From Podarcis melisellensis (Eukaryota), in assembly GCA_964234715.1 (NCBI GenBank), contig OZ174291.1: a stretch of DNA of 64,000 bases. One strand, 5' to 3'. Position 1 is the stretch's first letter; every line of letters starts with the position of its first letter. The notes below the pieces were generated by a model that was given only the letters and a program-made list of their open reading frames with translations, had not been told where the DNA came from and did no database searches. Positions 29,117-42,814 of this stretch are shown piece by piece. The position numbers were made by a program, and so were the translations under genes.

Positions 29117-31269
29117 CTGTAGGAGAATTTTTAATAAATAATTCTATTTGGAAGTGACTTCATATTTTTTTAATTAAAAATCATATCTTTGCATCTCAGT
29201 TAGATGCCTATTTATAGGATCTGAAAGGCAACATATTCTCTGCAGTGACATTATGAATTCTTCATCAAATTTAACTTTTATATTTTGCTGAATTAAGATG
29301 CATAGATGCAGATTAAAAGTATAATCCAATTCAACATAAGGTGTTCAGAAAATTACTGTAAATGAGGAAACAAATGCCCTTTCCCCCAGCTGCTTCCATT
29401 ATTTGATTTCTAATAAATCAAATGTCAAAGTCTGGAGAAGGTAACATAATTTACCAGCCAGAACTTTATAAGAATTTTGTTTGTTTGTTTTTTTAAAAAA
29501 GTCTATGCTAAAACAGAGAATTAATATAATGCAAGCTTTGTTTGGCAGGGGCTTGTTTCTTTCTGTATGTGCTACACACACACAAATATTATGCAACACA
29601 AGGTTACAGGAAAGAAATTAAAAGGTGAAGACATTTCAAAGGGGTCAAGCATTGTAATCTGACAAAACTTGATATAGACACCTCTGGCTGCTGCCAATAC
29701 AATCTTAAGCATCCATGATGAGCAACAACAGGACCAGAAGCACCCCAGGGCTTTTTAGCCATCTAAATGTGCATCTATAATGTGCTTGTGCTTCCCAGGT
29801 CGCAAAGCATGATGACATTATGTCAGCTCCTTCAGTTCAGAATTGTGTTCTCCGACCACACGTTAATGGGAAACGTGCAAGTAGGACACGAGCACAACAG
29901 CAATGCTGTGGAGAAACACAGTGCTTGGTATTCAAAGACATACTGCCTCCAGTACTGGAGGTAGTACAAAGCCATCACAGCCTCCATGAATCTGTCTAAT
30001 TCTGTTTTAACGCTACCCAACTTCGTACCATCCTGTGGCAGTAAATTCCAGTTTAACTTAGTGTTGTGTGAAGAAGTACTTTCTTTTGCCTGTTCTGAAT
30101 CTCCTCATCTTCAGTTTCACTGGATGACCAAAACTTCTCCTTAGCCACTGCCTCATACTCTGCAAAGTTTTGCTTTGCTTTTAAAATACACCTCTCTCAT
30201 ATCTCCCCCTCCTTTTTTCCTAAGCTAAAAATACCTTCACATATGAGTTCTTAAAGAATCTTTCATTTACCTGCATCCAGTACCTGCTATGGACAAACAC
30301 TCACCAGCAGCATCAGGATCAAATTAAAGGCTTTCACAGTAAGGCTGCAATGTGCCCTTATTTTCAAAGTTTCAATATGACGTATATTGCCTCATTTTTC
30401 AAGGATTTACTTCCTTTAAGTCAAAATCTTTTCCAGTAATCCTGGAATGGCTAGATTCCAATCTTGAAAGAGCTCTACTGAATGAATTATTAATAATGAC
30501 CAGTTAGACCCAGGATGATATTCACATGCTGCTGATTGCTGAAAAGTGGGCAGAGAAGACCCAGGTCTCTATAGCAGAAGGCCAAGGACACTGCCCTCAT
30601 CAACAATTTATTTGCCCACAAGTCGAGCATCTCCTCCACATACCTCACTCCTGCCATTTATGTGGCATGTAGATTCAGAAAAGACAAAATGTAAGCATAC
30701 CAGAGTATATTGCTTGAGCCATTACATGATTATATGCTTCTTCTATGCAGCATTAAAGCAAATAGCATTGGAGTACAAAGCACAAGGGCAAGGCCATGGA
30801 TGGCTGCACCAGGAAGATATGCTTGCCAATTCAGGGTCTCTAAATTAAGTGGTATGAGCTAGAATTTGCAGCATGTAAACAGGATGTGCTGCCCTGCTGA
30901 CCAGATAAAGACAGGTGGCAAGGTCTTTGTAGTTTTGCCAGGTTTGGCCAAGTAGAGGCTTCATACTGGTGGTCAGTCATAGGGCCCTTTCTGTACCTCT
31001 GAGCCCTGAGTGTGCAGTGTTCACAGCTGCCAGGTTAGCTCACAATGTCAGAAGTTTCTAACATTCTTAAATGAAGCACTGAGCACTTGCAGGGAGAACC
31101 CACCCACCTGACCTAGTTGCTGAAGGAACAGCACCTAGCCAGGAGAGTAATACATTAATCTGAGTCTGTGCACCCACAACTCCATTGTATTTCATATCAG
31201 CCTGGGATGCAGTACATCCCTGGCCTTACAGATGAGTCCTCCAAAATTTAACATGTACTAAGCACTGCC

Positions 31270-31628
31270 GGTGGCGCTGTGGGTAAAACCTCAGCGCCTA
31301 GGGCTTGCCGATCGCATGGTCGGCGGTTCAAATCCCCGCAGTGGGGTGAGCTCCCATCGTTCGGTCCCAGCTCCTGCCCACCTAGCAGTTCGATAGCACT
31401 CTTAAGTGCAAGTAGATAAATAGGGACCGCTTCCTAGCGGGAAGGTAAAGGCATTTCCGTGTGCTGCGCTGGTGCCGGCTCGCCAGAGCAGCTTCATCAC
31501 GCTGGCCACGTGACCCGGAGGTGTCTCTGGACAGCGCTGGCCCCCGGCCTCTTAAGTGAGATGGGCGCACAACCCTAGAGTCGGACACGACTGGCCCGTA
31601 CAGGCAGGGGTACCTTTACCTTTACCTT
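31270..31628 (+). mobile_element. Sauria SINE (distinct subfamily)
   Basis: (TTTACC)n tail, 11-bp TSD TAAGCACTGCC. Confidence 0.9.
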
Positions 31629-32410
31629 TAAGCACTGCCTCAGAATATTTCAAGACTTTGAAGAAATATGAAGTCTGCATTTTTAAGTTGTGTACTGATG
31701 GCTATAGTAATACAGAGTCTCTGAAGTTATGCTGCCAAAGTGATGGTGGTAATGTATTTTTGTGACAGCTACTACTCCAGACCTGAAGGAACAATTAAAA
31801 CTCAATTTGTTTAATTATGAGAACATTACAACACATATAAAATTGTTGAGTAGGAGTTTACAGACCAATTCTTAAATGTGCTTCCCTGGCACCACACACT
31901 AGATGCACGACTAAGACCACAGCTACTTTGACAATCAGCATCTCTGAAACACAATCCATTTTTAGCAAAGAAAAAAAAAAACCTGAATGAGAAGTCGTTA
32001 TGGTCCAACTCAGCTCAAAGCTTGCAGTGCACGCTGTGGCCAATTCACAGTGGTCCTGGTGCCTTTGTACACCACTGCTGACAAGCCCGTGAGCATGAAA
32101 TACAACATTTCAATAATTACATCTAGTTGGTATACTGTGGATAATTTTATTCACCTCAGAACATCAGCAATTTATTTGTATCAGCCATAGGCCACTGTAG
32201 TTTACAAAAAGAGTTCCGGAATTCAATATTTTTTAAAAAATCAAATCGTAACTATAAAACATAACAAAAAGTAGCAACTCTCTGGTTTTTTTCTGTTTAC
32301 TATCCATTTCCTTCCCTTTAAGCCCACTATCAAAACGAGAAGTCTGTCAACAGTACACATTTACAAGCTCCAAACATTTCCTCTCCTCTCCACAGTGCTG
32401 ATGCATTTAC

Positions 32411-32644
32411 CTTGTTTGGCTTCCAGCTCCTCCTGTGTCAGCTGAGGCCTCTTCTCTTCAGCAGCCCCACTGGACATGGCAAATGCTGAATGGCTGTTTG
32501 AGGTGCTACTGGCATTCTCTTGGCCTTCCTTGCCTTCTTCCCCCTCCTCGTCGCTGTCATCATCAAGTTTCACACGGTTTTTCTCCAAGGGGAGCATGTC
32601 ATTTTCTTTGGCCCTGATTGCAAAGCTTATTGGTGCAAAGGATG
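32411..32644 (-). CDS. SFSWAP: SFSWAP internal exon ([32 protein letters not shown]...[11 protein letters not shown])
   Basis: Matches human; acceptor cctttttaatAG, donor G|GTAAAT; 234 nt, phase 1 to 1. Confidence 0.95.
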
Positions 32645-33032
32645 CTATTAAAAAGGAAGTGACAACTAGTGAGATATTGTTGACTAGGCTATCTATGAAT
32701 CATTTTGCAATGAAAACAGCTGCACCTGTGCAGAAGAGGGGAAGTAGCAGTAGGCTAGAGACAACTCCCAAGATGTGCAGAGAACAACAAATACTTAGCT
32801 AACCTTCTCAATTGAAGACCCCGCCCCCCGAGGCCCAGTGAAAACTGGCTTTGCTCAGTGGTACAGAATGCTATTTGCGGGGTGGGGCAGAATAGAGTAA
32901 CCAGAAAGCAGGCACAACTGGCTGGCTTGAAACCTGAACAGGAGCATTCTACACTGCAACGTGTTGCCCTGGGTCCCATCTGTGCTACATTGTGCAGCTG
33001 GTGTAGCTTTCTAACAGAGGCTGTTAGAATAT

Positions 33033-33077
33033 GTAGTAGTAGTAGTAATAATAAATAAATAAATAAATAATTAATTA

Positions 33078-33127
<50 letters not shown>
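33033..33127. repeat. (TAG)/(TAAA)/(TAA)n tail microsatellite of an L2-like remnant
   Basis: Seen directly. Confidence 0.9.
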
Positions 33128-33128
<1 letters not shown>

Positions 33129-35908
33129 TTATACCCCGCCCATCTGGCTGAGTTTCCCCAGCCACTCTGGGCGGCTTCCAATCAAGTGTTAAAAACAATA
33201 CAGTATTATGGTTTTATCTCCTTGTTTGTCACTTTGTGGATCTTTATGGCTTAAAAGAGGATTGCAAATATTAAACAGAACAAATATTGAAACCAAATAG
33301 TCTTCTATTTACTTCCATAGTCTTAACAATCAAAACCACTGATAAGGGGTGTGGGGGAAGGATTACAGGCTAGGAACTTGGTTTTAGTTCACTCTTGTCT
33401 CTGGAGAAAAGAAAAGAAATAATTTGCAGTGCCCCAACTTCTTGCTCCTTTTCTTCCCCTCTGCTGACTGAATGTTCTGTATAGCACATTCTTTTGAGGC
33501 TGAAAATCATCCTGCTGAACAGGATGGAAGAGCCTGCATGTAAACCAGCACCAATACATCTCTCTCCACCACATTTAAATGGTCCCGTAAAAACAGTGGA
33601 AAAAGAAATGGCCCCCTTAAGTTGGTAGTAGTGAGGGGAATCATTACCTTACCCTCATGGTTAAAGGGTAAATTCTGATCTGAAGATTTGGAACTACTAC
33701 AAAAGCCTTTTAGAAGGTAGGGATAGAATGATGCTCGCTTTTTAAAGATAATGTCACCTGCCCCTCCTTGAATGCATGCAAGCAACTGAAGCTTTCCTTA
33801 TAAGCATTTGTGCTTTGAGCCCTAGCCAAATATAGGCAGCCTGCCTTTGTGTTTTGGAAAAAGAATTATGAACGGACACAAAGCATTTAGAATGGAAACT
33901 TTATAGAAGCCTTAACCGTGGAGGCCGCTAGGGCTAGCTCTATCACTCATTTATATAGCAGTCCTAACGGGCAACTGCTTAAAAAGCTTTCCCTTGTTCA
34001 GGCTTGGTAACGATTCTCAGGCAATTGGTAAAATGGAGCTGACAGAGAGATAAACTGGCCGTGAATGCCTGTAATGCCGTTCTGCTGCTGAAGCTTAAGC
34101 AATTCTGGCCCATCAAACAGCTTGGATGGGAGATTCCCTGGGAACCGTACTTAAGGTACTTGAGCTTTTTGGAAGGAAAACAAGGTATAAAGGTGGTAAG
34201 CTGACCCAGAATATGAAACCAGGTTTTCTAGATTCGTCTTTGATAGTCTAAAGAGATCTAGCCACACGTAACTCCTGCTTTATGCAACCTCTACCATTAC
34301 TGATTTGGAGAGGGCATATACATCAGTGATAACAGAACCTTAATTGCATGTAGAACGTCCCAGGTTCACTCCTTGGCGCTCTAGTTAACAATATGTCAGG
34401 TAGCAAATAATAGAAATAACATTCTTCTGCTGGGGACCCTGAATAGAAGATATCAGGCTAATTGGGCAAATAGTCTAACCTGGTATATGGCAACTTCATA
34501 CATTCCTAATCCTCAAACCTGGATCCATCAGCTGAACTCCCCCCCCCCCCCCGCTAATGCTACAAACCATGTAATTCAATTTTTGGCCCTTTGTGGTTTA
34601 TTATCTTTTCAAAAGGCCATTTTCAAACCTGACCTCTTAATTAGCTAGCCTAACCCACTTGCAACTTTAAAAAAAAACAAAATACTTTTTCACCTTTCCC
34701 CCACTAAATCTGACATCAAGAGGATTTGCTAGCTCACCCAATGGTACTTGGAAGATTTCATTTAATACCAGCCTACAAAAAAATAATTACTTTGAGGAAT
34801 TAATTGAATTGCAGCACAGCAGAAAGAAAGGCGAAGCCTATGCATTTCCTCCTATCTACAGCATTTCACAGCTTGCCTTGCAACTGGCAGAAACTCTTGT
34901 CGTATTGGAACATTTGTTTCCACCCTCTACAGGAAATGAAAACTGATGAACGACTCCTCCATCACTATGATCCCCTCCCCTCCACCACCAAAAAGAAGCC
35001 AAACCATTTTACACAGCTATGGTCTGGCAGCAGCTCCCTCTAAATTAAACACGTGCAAGGGATTGCCTACACAAATTTCTTTCAGTTTAACTGCTGCCTG
35101 CTGTGAAAAGCTCCTGAAATTCAAAGGTTTGATTTTATTGGAACAAAGAATCCAGGAGTTTCGTCTGGCAAGCGTTCTGCTACTTATCAAAATAGAGTTT
35201 CCAGCTCTGTGGTGCTGCAATCTAATCACAGGTCGCATGAATACTTGATGCTACATTGAACCAAGTCAGGCCATTGCCCCCACCCACCCCCACCCCCCAG
35301 GACTTAACAGAAGTTCTCTTGTGTTCAAGGCAGAAAGAAAACAATAATTTCCCAGCCTCGCTACACAACTCTTTAGAAGGACTGAACTTGGGACCTTCTG
35401 TTCCATCAGCAGCTGAGCTATGAGCCTCCGCTAAGCAGCTACACCACAGCCAATTCTCAAGCAGTCACGCTGCACTTGGGGAAATCGTTCTCTGGAATGG
35501 CGTCGATAAAGAACTGAACTAATCCACCCAAGCTTCTGTATCACCCTTCCCCAATCTGGTGCCCTACCTATGTTTTGGACTACAACTCCCATCAAACCCT
35601 GCTAGCACTGCACCAGGCTGAGGAAGGCTGCTCTCTATTCAGCCTTGAATGAAAGACGAGAGATCTTTCAAGCAGGTATGTTGTATTAAGTTGTATGATA
35701 TTGAGAGAACATCAAGACATAAATTTGGATCCATTACTGAGTTCAGAGTTTTTCCTCCACCCTTCAGATGAGTGAAACATTCTTTAATGCTACTTATGGA
35801 TGTATTTATTTGTTACACACAGACACACAGACACACACACACAAACACAAACACACAGACACACAATGTCGGGGTGTGTGTCTCTGGTTCCCACACCTAC
35901 AGGCATAC

Positions 35909-36077
35909 CTTTTATCAGTTTGCCATCATTGGAAATTTTAATGGCCAGTGCATCTTGTTTATCATTTCCTTGGGCAGCAGATTCTACATCTTCAGACATG
36001 TTGTCAGTGGGAAACTGGGCTTCTCCAGGTTCAGTGTTGGCAGTATCAGCAGGAACATCCTCCGATAAAGTTGCTAC
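35909..36077 (-). CDS. SFSWAP: SFSWAP internal exon, poorly conserved acidic linker (VATLSEDVPAD...NDGKLIK)
   Basis: Ends in DGKLIK (human DGKLVK); acceptor tttAAGCAG, donor G|GTATGC; 169 nt, phase 0 to 1, which fits both neighbours. Confidence 0.9.
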
Positions 36078-36634
36078 CTGCTTAAAGGCGGGAAAATACA
36101 AGACAACCTCACTTTCCAGCTAAAAATGAAAGCCTATGGAATACAATTAAAATGGATGACATTTTTAAAAAGCCACAAAGTGGCACCTCTTGGACAGAAC
36201 AACACACAAAGCTCATAAACAACTAGGCTTCAAGCATACAACTGAACATACCACACGAAATCTAGAATATGACATCCCTTTACATTTCATTCAGGTTTCT
36301 ATGTATTCTCAATTGAAAAGAACTCATCCCGGGCTATTTTAAGTACTTCATAACTTTAAAGCACCTTTATAAGAGGTAATTTACATGTTCAGAAGCAGCG
36401 CAAAGTAGTCCTTCAAGGTCCTGTACTATAAAGCAGTACCACCATAGGAGTATGAAACTAGATGCTTCTTCTTGAGCAGTCCCTGGAAAAAGAGTAAGTT
36501 TGCCATCCTACATATACTTATCTTGGAGTAAGCCTCACTGAAGTAAATGAAGCTTACTTCTGAGTTGATATGATAGGATTGCACAGCACACAGAATTCCT
36601 ATTGTGTGGCAAAGCAACAAAAATAACTCACAGA

Positions 36635-36797
36635 TAAAGGACCCCCTGACCATTAGGTCCAGTTGTGACTGACTCTGGGGTTGTGGCGCTCATCTCGCTT
36701 TACTGGCCAAGGGAGCCGGCGTACAGCTTCTGGGTCATGTGGCCAGCATGACTAAGCCACTTCTGGCAAACCAGAGCAGCGCACAGAAACGCCATTT
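36635..36797 (-). mobile_element. Sauria SINE, 3' half
   Basis: Reverse complement of the 3' half of the 13456 and 44381 copies. Confidence 0.8.
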
Positions 36798-38330
36798 AGA
36801 TACCTTAACTCAATTAAAAGTCTGCACTGCATACTAGGTTCCATATTTGATCTTATAAATTTCAAAGCTGTCTCTGTACATCACAAGGAGGAGACTGCTT
36901 CACATGTTACAGCCCCAATTTCTTACGCCAGCAAAATTTTGCCAAACATGCAATGTATGAGAGTGTCTGATGTTACTGAACTACAACTCCCATTAGTTCC
37001 AGCAAATCTAACAACTGCAACACAGTGGCTTCAGTTTTTTGTAATACTGTACTGTAATACTGATATTAGCTGACCTGCCCATTTACTTGCTGTGAAACTT
37101 TCATTTTATGTACCAGTTATTAATGAGCTTGGAGATTTTTAAGAAAGCATAGCAGCAGACAAAAAAGCTTGCGATGATTCAAGTATATTTGACATTGCTA
37201 TTTCATGCCCATTACGGTAGTCAAGAGAGTCATTAAAAAGCACTGTACTAACAGCTTTGCAATAAGAATGTACAATGAAAGTCTAATATACAAAATGGCT
37301 AAGCGTAAAGTTTTTCTTTTCTTAAAAAAATGTTGAAATCTTTAAGGAACAATCTTAAAGTTTAGTTTCACTTATTGGCTGCAGCTAATGATACCAATAA
37401 AATCTAAGAGTATTTTTGGCATGCAGTTTTAAGGGTTAGCAACTCCCACTGTTAGAAAAAAAAGATGAACACATAATAAAACTTCAGTAGTAAGAATTTA
37501 TCTTCAGAAGAGAAAGGGGCACTTGAGTTAATTGGTCTAATTTATTCATGGCAGAGCAGACTTATGCTAGAGATTGTTTAGTGTGTAAAAAAACTCCCAA
37601 ACGCATGATTTGTGAAACACAGGCAATGGAAGCAATTTAAAACTGATTCTGAAAGGGAGTGGGGGGGAAATGTGAATATTGCACAGACCACAGACCACTA
37701 TCGTTTACTCTGACAGCAGCTCTCAAAGGTTTCAGGCCAAAAGCTGGGAAAGTGCTGTTATGCTCAGTTCCTGTTTATAAGCATTCCCATGGACAGCATC
37801 ATAGGTCTCTGCTGCTCCTAGCAGCCTATTTCATCTGTTCACTGAGTAGATTCCTCTAATTTTAGCTGAATATTCAGAGTCCACCTCAAAATGTGCTTCC
37901 TTTGCTGCATGCAGGAGAGCATATAAGCCAGACCTTTTATAATGCCCTGAAAACCTGCCAGCGTCATACGCTGGTAAATCACTTGCTGGTTGGCCTCACA
38001 CTGCAAAATTCTCTACATAACGGGCACATTAGTCATTGCACAAAAAATAATTTAAGGTGCTCCCACCTTTTAAGCAGGTTGTGTGTAAACTTCCCAGCTC
38101 GGTTATCCTGCTTGGAACCATTACAGAGGAACAGCCCAAGTTTATAAACTAATTTAAATAAATGCCTGCAGAATTTATTCATCTACCGATTAATATCCTC
38201 TAATATTCAGACCAAGCCTCTCACTGGCTATTGCACACTCATCATCCATTCCTGCACTGAAATCTCCCAGCACAATCATCAAGAGATGTTGGGAAGCATT
38301 GGTTAATCAATTTTAAATGAGATTCTAGGA

Positions 38331-38652
38331 CGGGGTCAGTAACCTTTTTCAGCTGTGGGCCGGTCCACTGTCCCTCAGACCATGTGATGGGCCGAACTAT
38401 ATTTTGGAAAAAAAAATATGAACCAATTCCTATGCCCCACAAATAACCCAGAGATGCATTTTAAATAAAAGCACACATAGCACTCATGTAAAAACACCAG
38501 GCAGGCCCCACAAATAATCCAGAGATGCATTTTAAATAAAAGGACAAATTGGACTCATGTAAAAGCATACTGATTCCCGGACTGTACGGAGGCCAGATTG
38601 AGAAGGTGTTTGGGCCGCATCTGGCCCCCGGGCCTTAGGTTGCCTACCCCTG
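38331..38652. mobile_element. hAT MITE with an internal tandem duplication
   Basis: TIR cggggtcagtaacct / aggttgcctacccctg; degenerate TSD ttctagga/ctctaggg. Confidence 0.75.
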
Positions 38653-39929
38653 CTCTAGGGAGCCCCATATTGTATACTGAAATTATGATCTTTATAGAGT
38701 CTCTAGGCAGGACATACATATTTATGCAAATTGATTCAGATTCCCTATGTCTTTTCAGGTGGATAAAGCAAGATGAACTGGATTCAGTTACCTGCATATC
38801 TACACTTAAACTACTAACCACCCCTAGAATAAGGCCACCTCTACTTTTTCCTTTCTTGCAAGAACTGATAAAGTGCTAAATCCCAGTAGCTCAATTTCTG
38901 GAGCCTAAGACCCCTGTAAACCAATTAACTGAAATTGGGGGAAACTTAAAAAAGCCAAAACCCCAGATCCTTCAACTTGTAACCCCACCCTGAGATAATC
39001 TGTGACAACAATTTTAATGATATTCTTTGGGGGCCAAAGCATATCTTTTATGCCACCTGAGAAGGCTGCAATGTTTTCTTTGATTGTGCTAGAGAGTGAG
39101 GAGGAAAGGAAGTGGTACTTGAATGAAGCAGATGGATTCATGACTGGCCCTGTGATTTGCTACTCCCACCTAATATTCGCTGGATGAGTTTATCCCCTCA
39201 AAAATCAGGTAACTCACTAATGGAAAACAGCAAGGTGAACTCTGCAGGTTTGTAAATCACAGATGTTTGAGTTTTGAGAAATGCCTGAAGTCAATGGTGT
39301 AAGTGAAATCATTACCAACATACTTTACTAACAAAACTGGAACCCTCTTTCTTAGGAACAATGAATATGAGCCGCCAATGGTATTTTAGAAACTTAAAAT
39401 GTTTTGAAAGTTCTCAATGGAAAGCCCTGTTATAAGAGGCAATAGTGGTTTTACTGTCACTTCAACAAGACTGGTGGAGAAATAAAGCGACTAAGAACCA
39501 TTTAATTACCACAATGCACTGCTCAGAAAAGGCTCTCAGAAACTAAAAAGTTCTTAAGAATTGATGTACGAATTGAAAACTGTACTTTAGAAAAAGTAAT
39601 GTTCCTTTCTTTAAAAGGTTCTTTGACTACCTCTAAGTAGCGATTAAATCCCCCCCCCCCTACAAACAAGGTTTGAGGATTTTCAATTATGGAGAGGGGC
39701 TCATATTACAGGATTTCAGATTGTAGGCACTTAATAATAATTTAAAGAACAGAATAAGCAGAATGCTTAGTTTTAAAGCTCCTGAAAGTGTTTAAATGAC
39801 AGAAAGAAGGCAGCTCATGTTGGCCAGCACCTGGCAGTCAGCAGAAGCAATATTTTGAATGGAGCAACGACTGAAGTATCAAACAACACTGGCTTTGCCA
39901 ATAAAACCCGCTTCTGTGATTGATGATGG

Positions 39930-40620
39930 TGATGATGATGATAATTTTATTATGTATGCCCCACCCATCTGACTCGGTTGCCCCAACCACTCTGGGTTGC
40001 TTCCAACATATATAAAAACTTAAAGAAACATAGCACATTAAAAGGCTTCCCTATACAGGGCTGCTTTTAGAGGTCTTAAGGTTATAGTGCTACTCATCTC
40101 CTTGACATCTGATGGGAGGGCATTCCACAGGGCGGGTGCCAATGCCAAGAAGGCCCTACTTTTCGTAGTGAGAGAACTGCCAGAAGGCCCTTGGCACTGG
40201 ACCTCAGTGTCCAGGCTGAATGAAGAAGAAGAAGAAGAAGAAGAAGAAGAAGAAGAAGAGGAGGAGGAGGAGGAGTTTGGATTTGATATCCCGCCTTTCA
40301 CTCCCCTTCAAGAGTCTCAAAGCGGCTAACATTCTCCTTTCGCTTCCTCCCCCACAACAAACACTCTGTGAGGTGAGTGGGGCTGAGAGACTTCAGAGAA
40401 GTGTGACTGGCCCAAGGTCACCCAGCAGCTGCATATGGAGGAGTGGAGACATGAACCCGGTTCCCCAGTTCACGAGACTACCGCTCTTAACCACTACATC
40501 ACACTGGCTCTGCCAGGTGGAGACGCACACCTTCAGGTATAGAGGGCCAAAGCAGTTTAGGGCTTTAAAGGTGAGCACCAACACTTTGAACTGTGCTCAG
40601 AAATGTACTGGGAGCAAGGA
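39930..40620 (-). mobile_element. L2 LINE 3' fragment split by a SINE
   Basis: RAFLALAPALWNALP and LVLTFKAL remnants on either side of the SINE. Confidence 0.7.
40221..40510 (-). mobile_element. tRNA-derived SINE with (TTC)n tail, inserted in an L2 remnant
   Basis: Same family as the 14112 copy. Confidence 0.8.
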
Positions 40621-41877
40621 AACACACTGGCAAAAGGGTTCTTTAACCCCATCATGCACCTCACCTGCTTACTCTTCAGAATCTGCCAAATAGGGCAAAT
40701 GGGAACAAGCAACTTGAGGAGCACAAGAGTGCAGAGGCTCTGCCAATATATATGGTTACAGGAGGGGAGAAGGAAGCTGTGTAGAAGCTGTCTAGCTGAT
40801 AGGCTGCACAACAGAAAGCTGCTATTTACAAACCAAGGAGAAGGCAGTTGTGGTCACTAGGATTTATATTGAGCTCCCAGGCTGATAGCTTAGAGACAGA
40901 GAAAATCAAATAAATGCATAAAAAATTTCAGAAGTATTTTGATATGTCACTGTGGTTTAAGTTGCCTTAAAAACAAGCCTGCCAGCTGTTTTTGTGTGTC
41001 CACAAGGGATCAACCAGTGTATCTCCACCAGTTCCTCAACCATTTGGTGAGAGGCACGGTCAGGGCCTTGCATTCTCACCCTGCAGTTTAAAGAAGGTGA
41101 AAAAATACAAGAAGCCTCTCATAGTATTCTTAACCAAAATCTCAGCATAGGTGAGAGTAAGGCATTACCTCTCTGCACATGCTAGAGGGTCTCGCTTGTG
41201 CTGGGCTATAGAGAATAAAAGAGCCACAGGAGTCTTCCTACCCCTCCTCATCTTTTCCATACCCCAGCACAAAAAAAGAGAAACCTTCGCCTCCTCCACA
41301 AGCCCTCTATGTGTTTCAGAGGACTTGGAGTGGAAAGCCAAAATTGAAGCCATACCAATGATAGTGGACCTCAGCAAATTCTCTATTCAATTTTAAGGAG
41401 AATGGGCTCATTAATGTTGAGCTTTTTTGCTTTCTTTGTTTTGTAAAAAACCCCCAAAAGTTTTCAATTCCACCTTTGAAATCCCAGTAATGTCTGGGAA
41501 AATCCAGACGTATGGCAGCCCTATATTAATTTTGATAGCTATAAGGAATTCTGTCTGTCTCTTAGTGCAGCTGCAGATCATTGAGCCTGAGCTTCCACAG
41601 CTGCCACACACCATGAACCACCATTGGCAGGGTTGGCAACAGCAGAAGCAGGTATGTACTATGCCTATGCTAATGTTTTATGCTCTTGTTAATAATGCTG
41701 TCTTAAATGTGCATTTTACAGTTGACTTCCTTTAGTAAAATTTTCTTTTGGAATGTTTAAGTTAATTTTTTTGTTAACTTTGCAGTGTTAAATATGCATT
41801 CTGTAGTTGACCTCCTCTGTAATCTTATATTTTGAAACCTTTAAGATATTATTTTAGTTTCTGTTAATTATGAATGT

Positions 41878-42155
41878 GTTGTTGTTATTGCTTAGTTGTT
41901 TAGTCGTGTCCGACTCTTCGTGACCCCATGGACCAGAGCACGTCAGGAACTCCTGTCTTCCACTGCCTCCCGCAGTTTGGTCAAATTCATGTTAGTAGCT
42001 TCGAGAACACTGCCCAACCATCTCATCCTCTGTTGTCCCCTTCTCCTTGTGCCCTCAATCTTTCCCAACATCAGGGTCTTTTCCAGAGAGTCTTCTCATG
42101 AGGTGGCCAAAGTATTGGAGCCTCAGCTTCAGGGTCTGTCCTTCCAGTGAGCAAC
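41878..42155 (-). mobile_element. BovB 3' end fragment with (CAA)n-type tail
   Basis: Reverse complement of the BovB 3' UTR (gtcgtgtccgactcttcgtgaccccatggac). Confidence 0.8.
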
Positions 42156-42157
42156 TA

Positions 42158-42385
42158 CAGTGGTACCTCGGGTTAAGAACTTAATTCGTTTTGGAGGTCC
42201 ATTCTTAGCCTGAAACAATTTTTAACCCGAGGTACCATTTTAGCTAATGGGTACTCCCGCCGCTGTGTGATTTCTGTTCTCGTCCTGAAGCAAAGTTCTT
42301 AACCCAAGGTACTATTTCTGGGTTAGCGGAGTCTGTAATCTGAAGTGTCTATAACCTAAAGTGTCTGTAACCCGAGGTACCACTG
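42158..42385. mobile_element. Tigger-like MITE, family A (opposite orientation to the 22374 copy)
   Basis: Same TIRs, TA TSD. Confidence 0.9.
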
Positions 42386-42814
42386 TATTTGACTTTCTTC
42401 AGTAATGTTTTACTCTGGATGTTTTCTTGTTTTAGAGATATTTTTCTTAAAAATGTAAAGTGGTACAGAAATGAAATGAATAATAATTTTAAAATTCCAT
42501 GTTTCGAGGGAGTGTCTAGTTGCTGGGGGCAGTTACAGCAGGAAAAAAAGCTTTTGTCTTGACACTCTGCCTGTGGCATTTTGAAGGACTGACTGGCCAC
42601 CATATGAAACAGGATATTCAAGCAGAGGGTCAATCAAGTGAAGATGATCAGTCCCCTGATGGTATTATCCTCCAGCGGTTCTCAATTTCTAAAATCAGGA
42701 AGCCTCTTTGCCTAGTGCATAGAGACATTTGTTGAATTGCTACAGGCAACAAACTATTTGCAAGTCTGGCCTAAATCCCCCCTGAGCCCTCTGGCACCTG
42801 GCCATTAGACTTAC

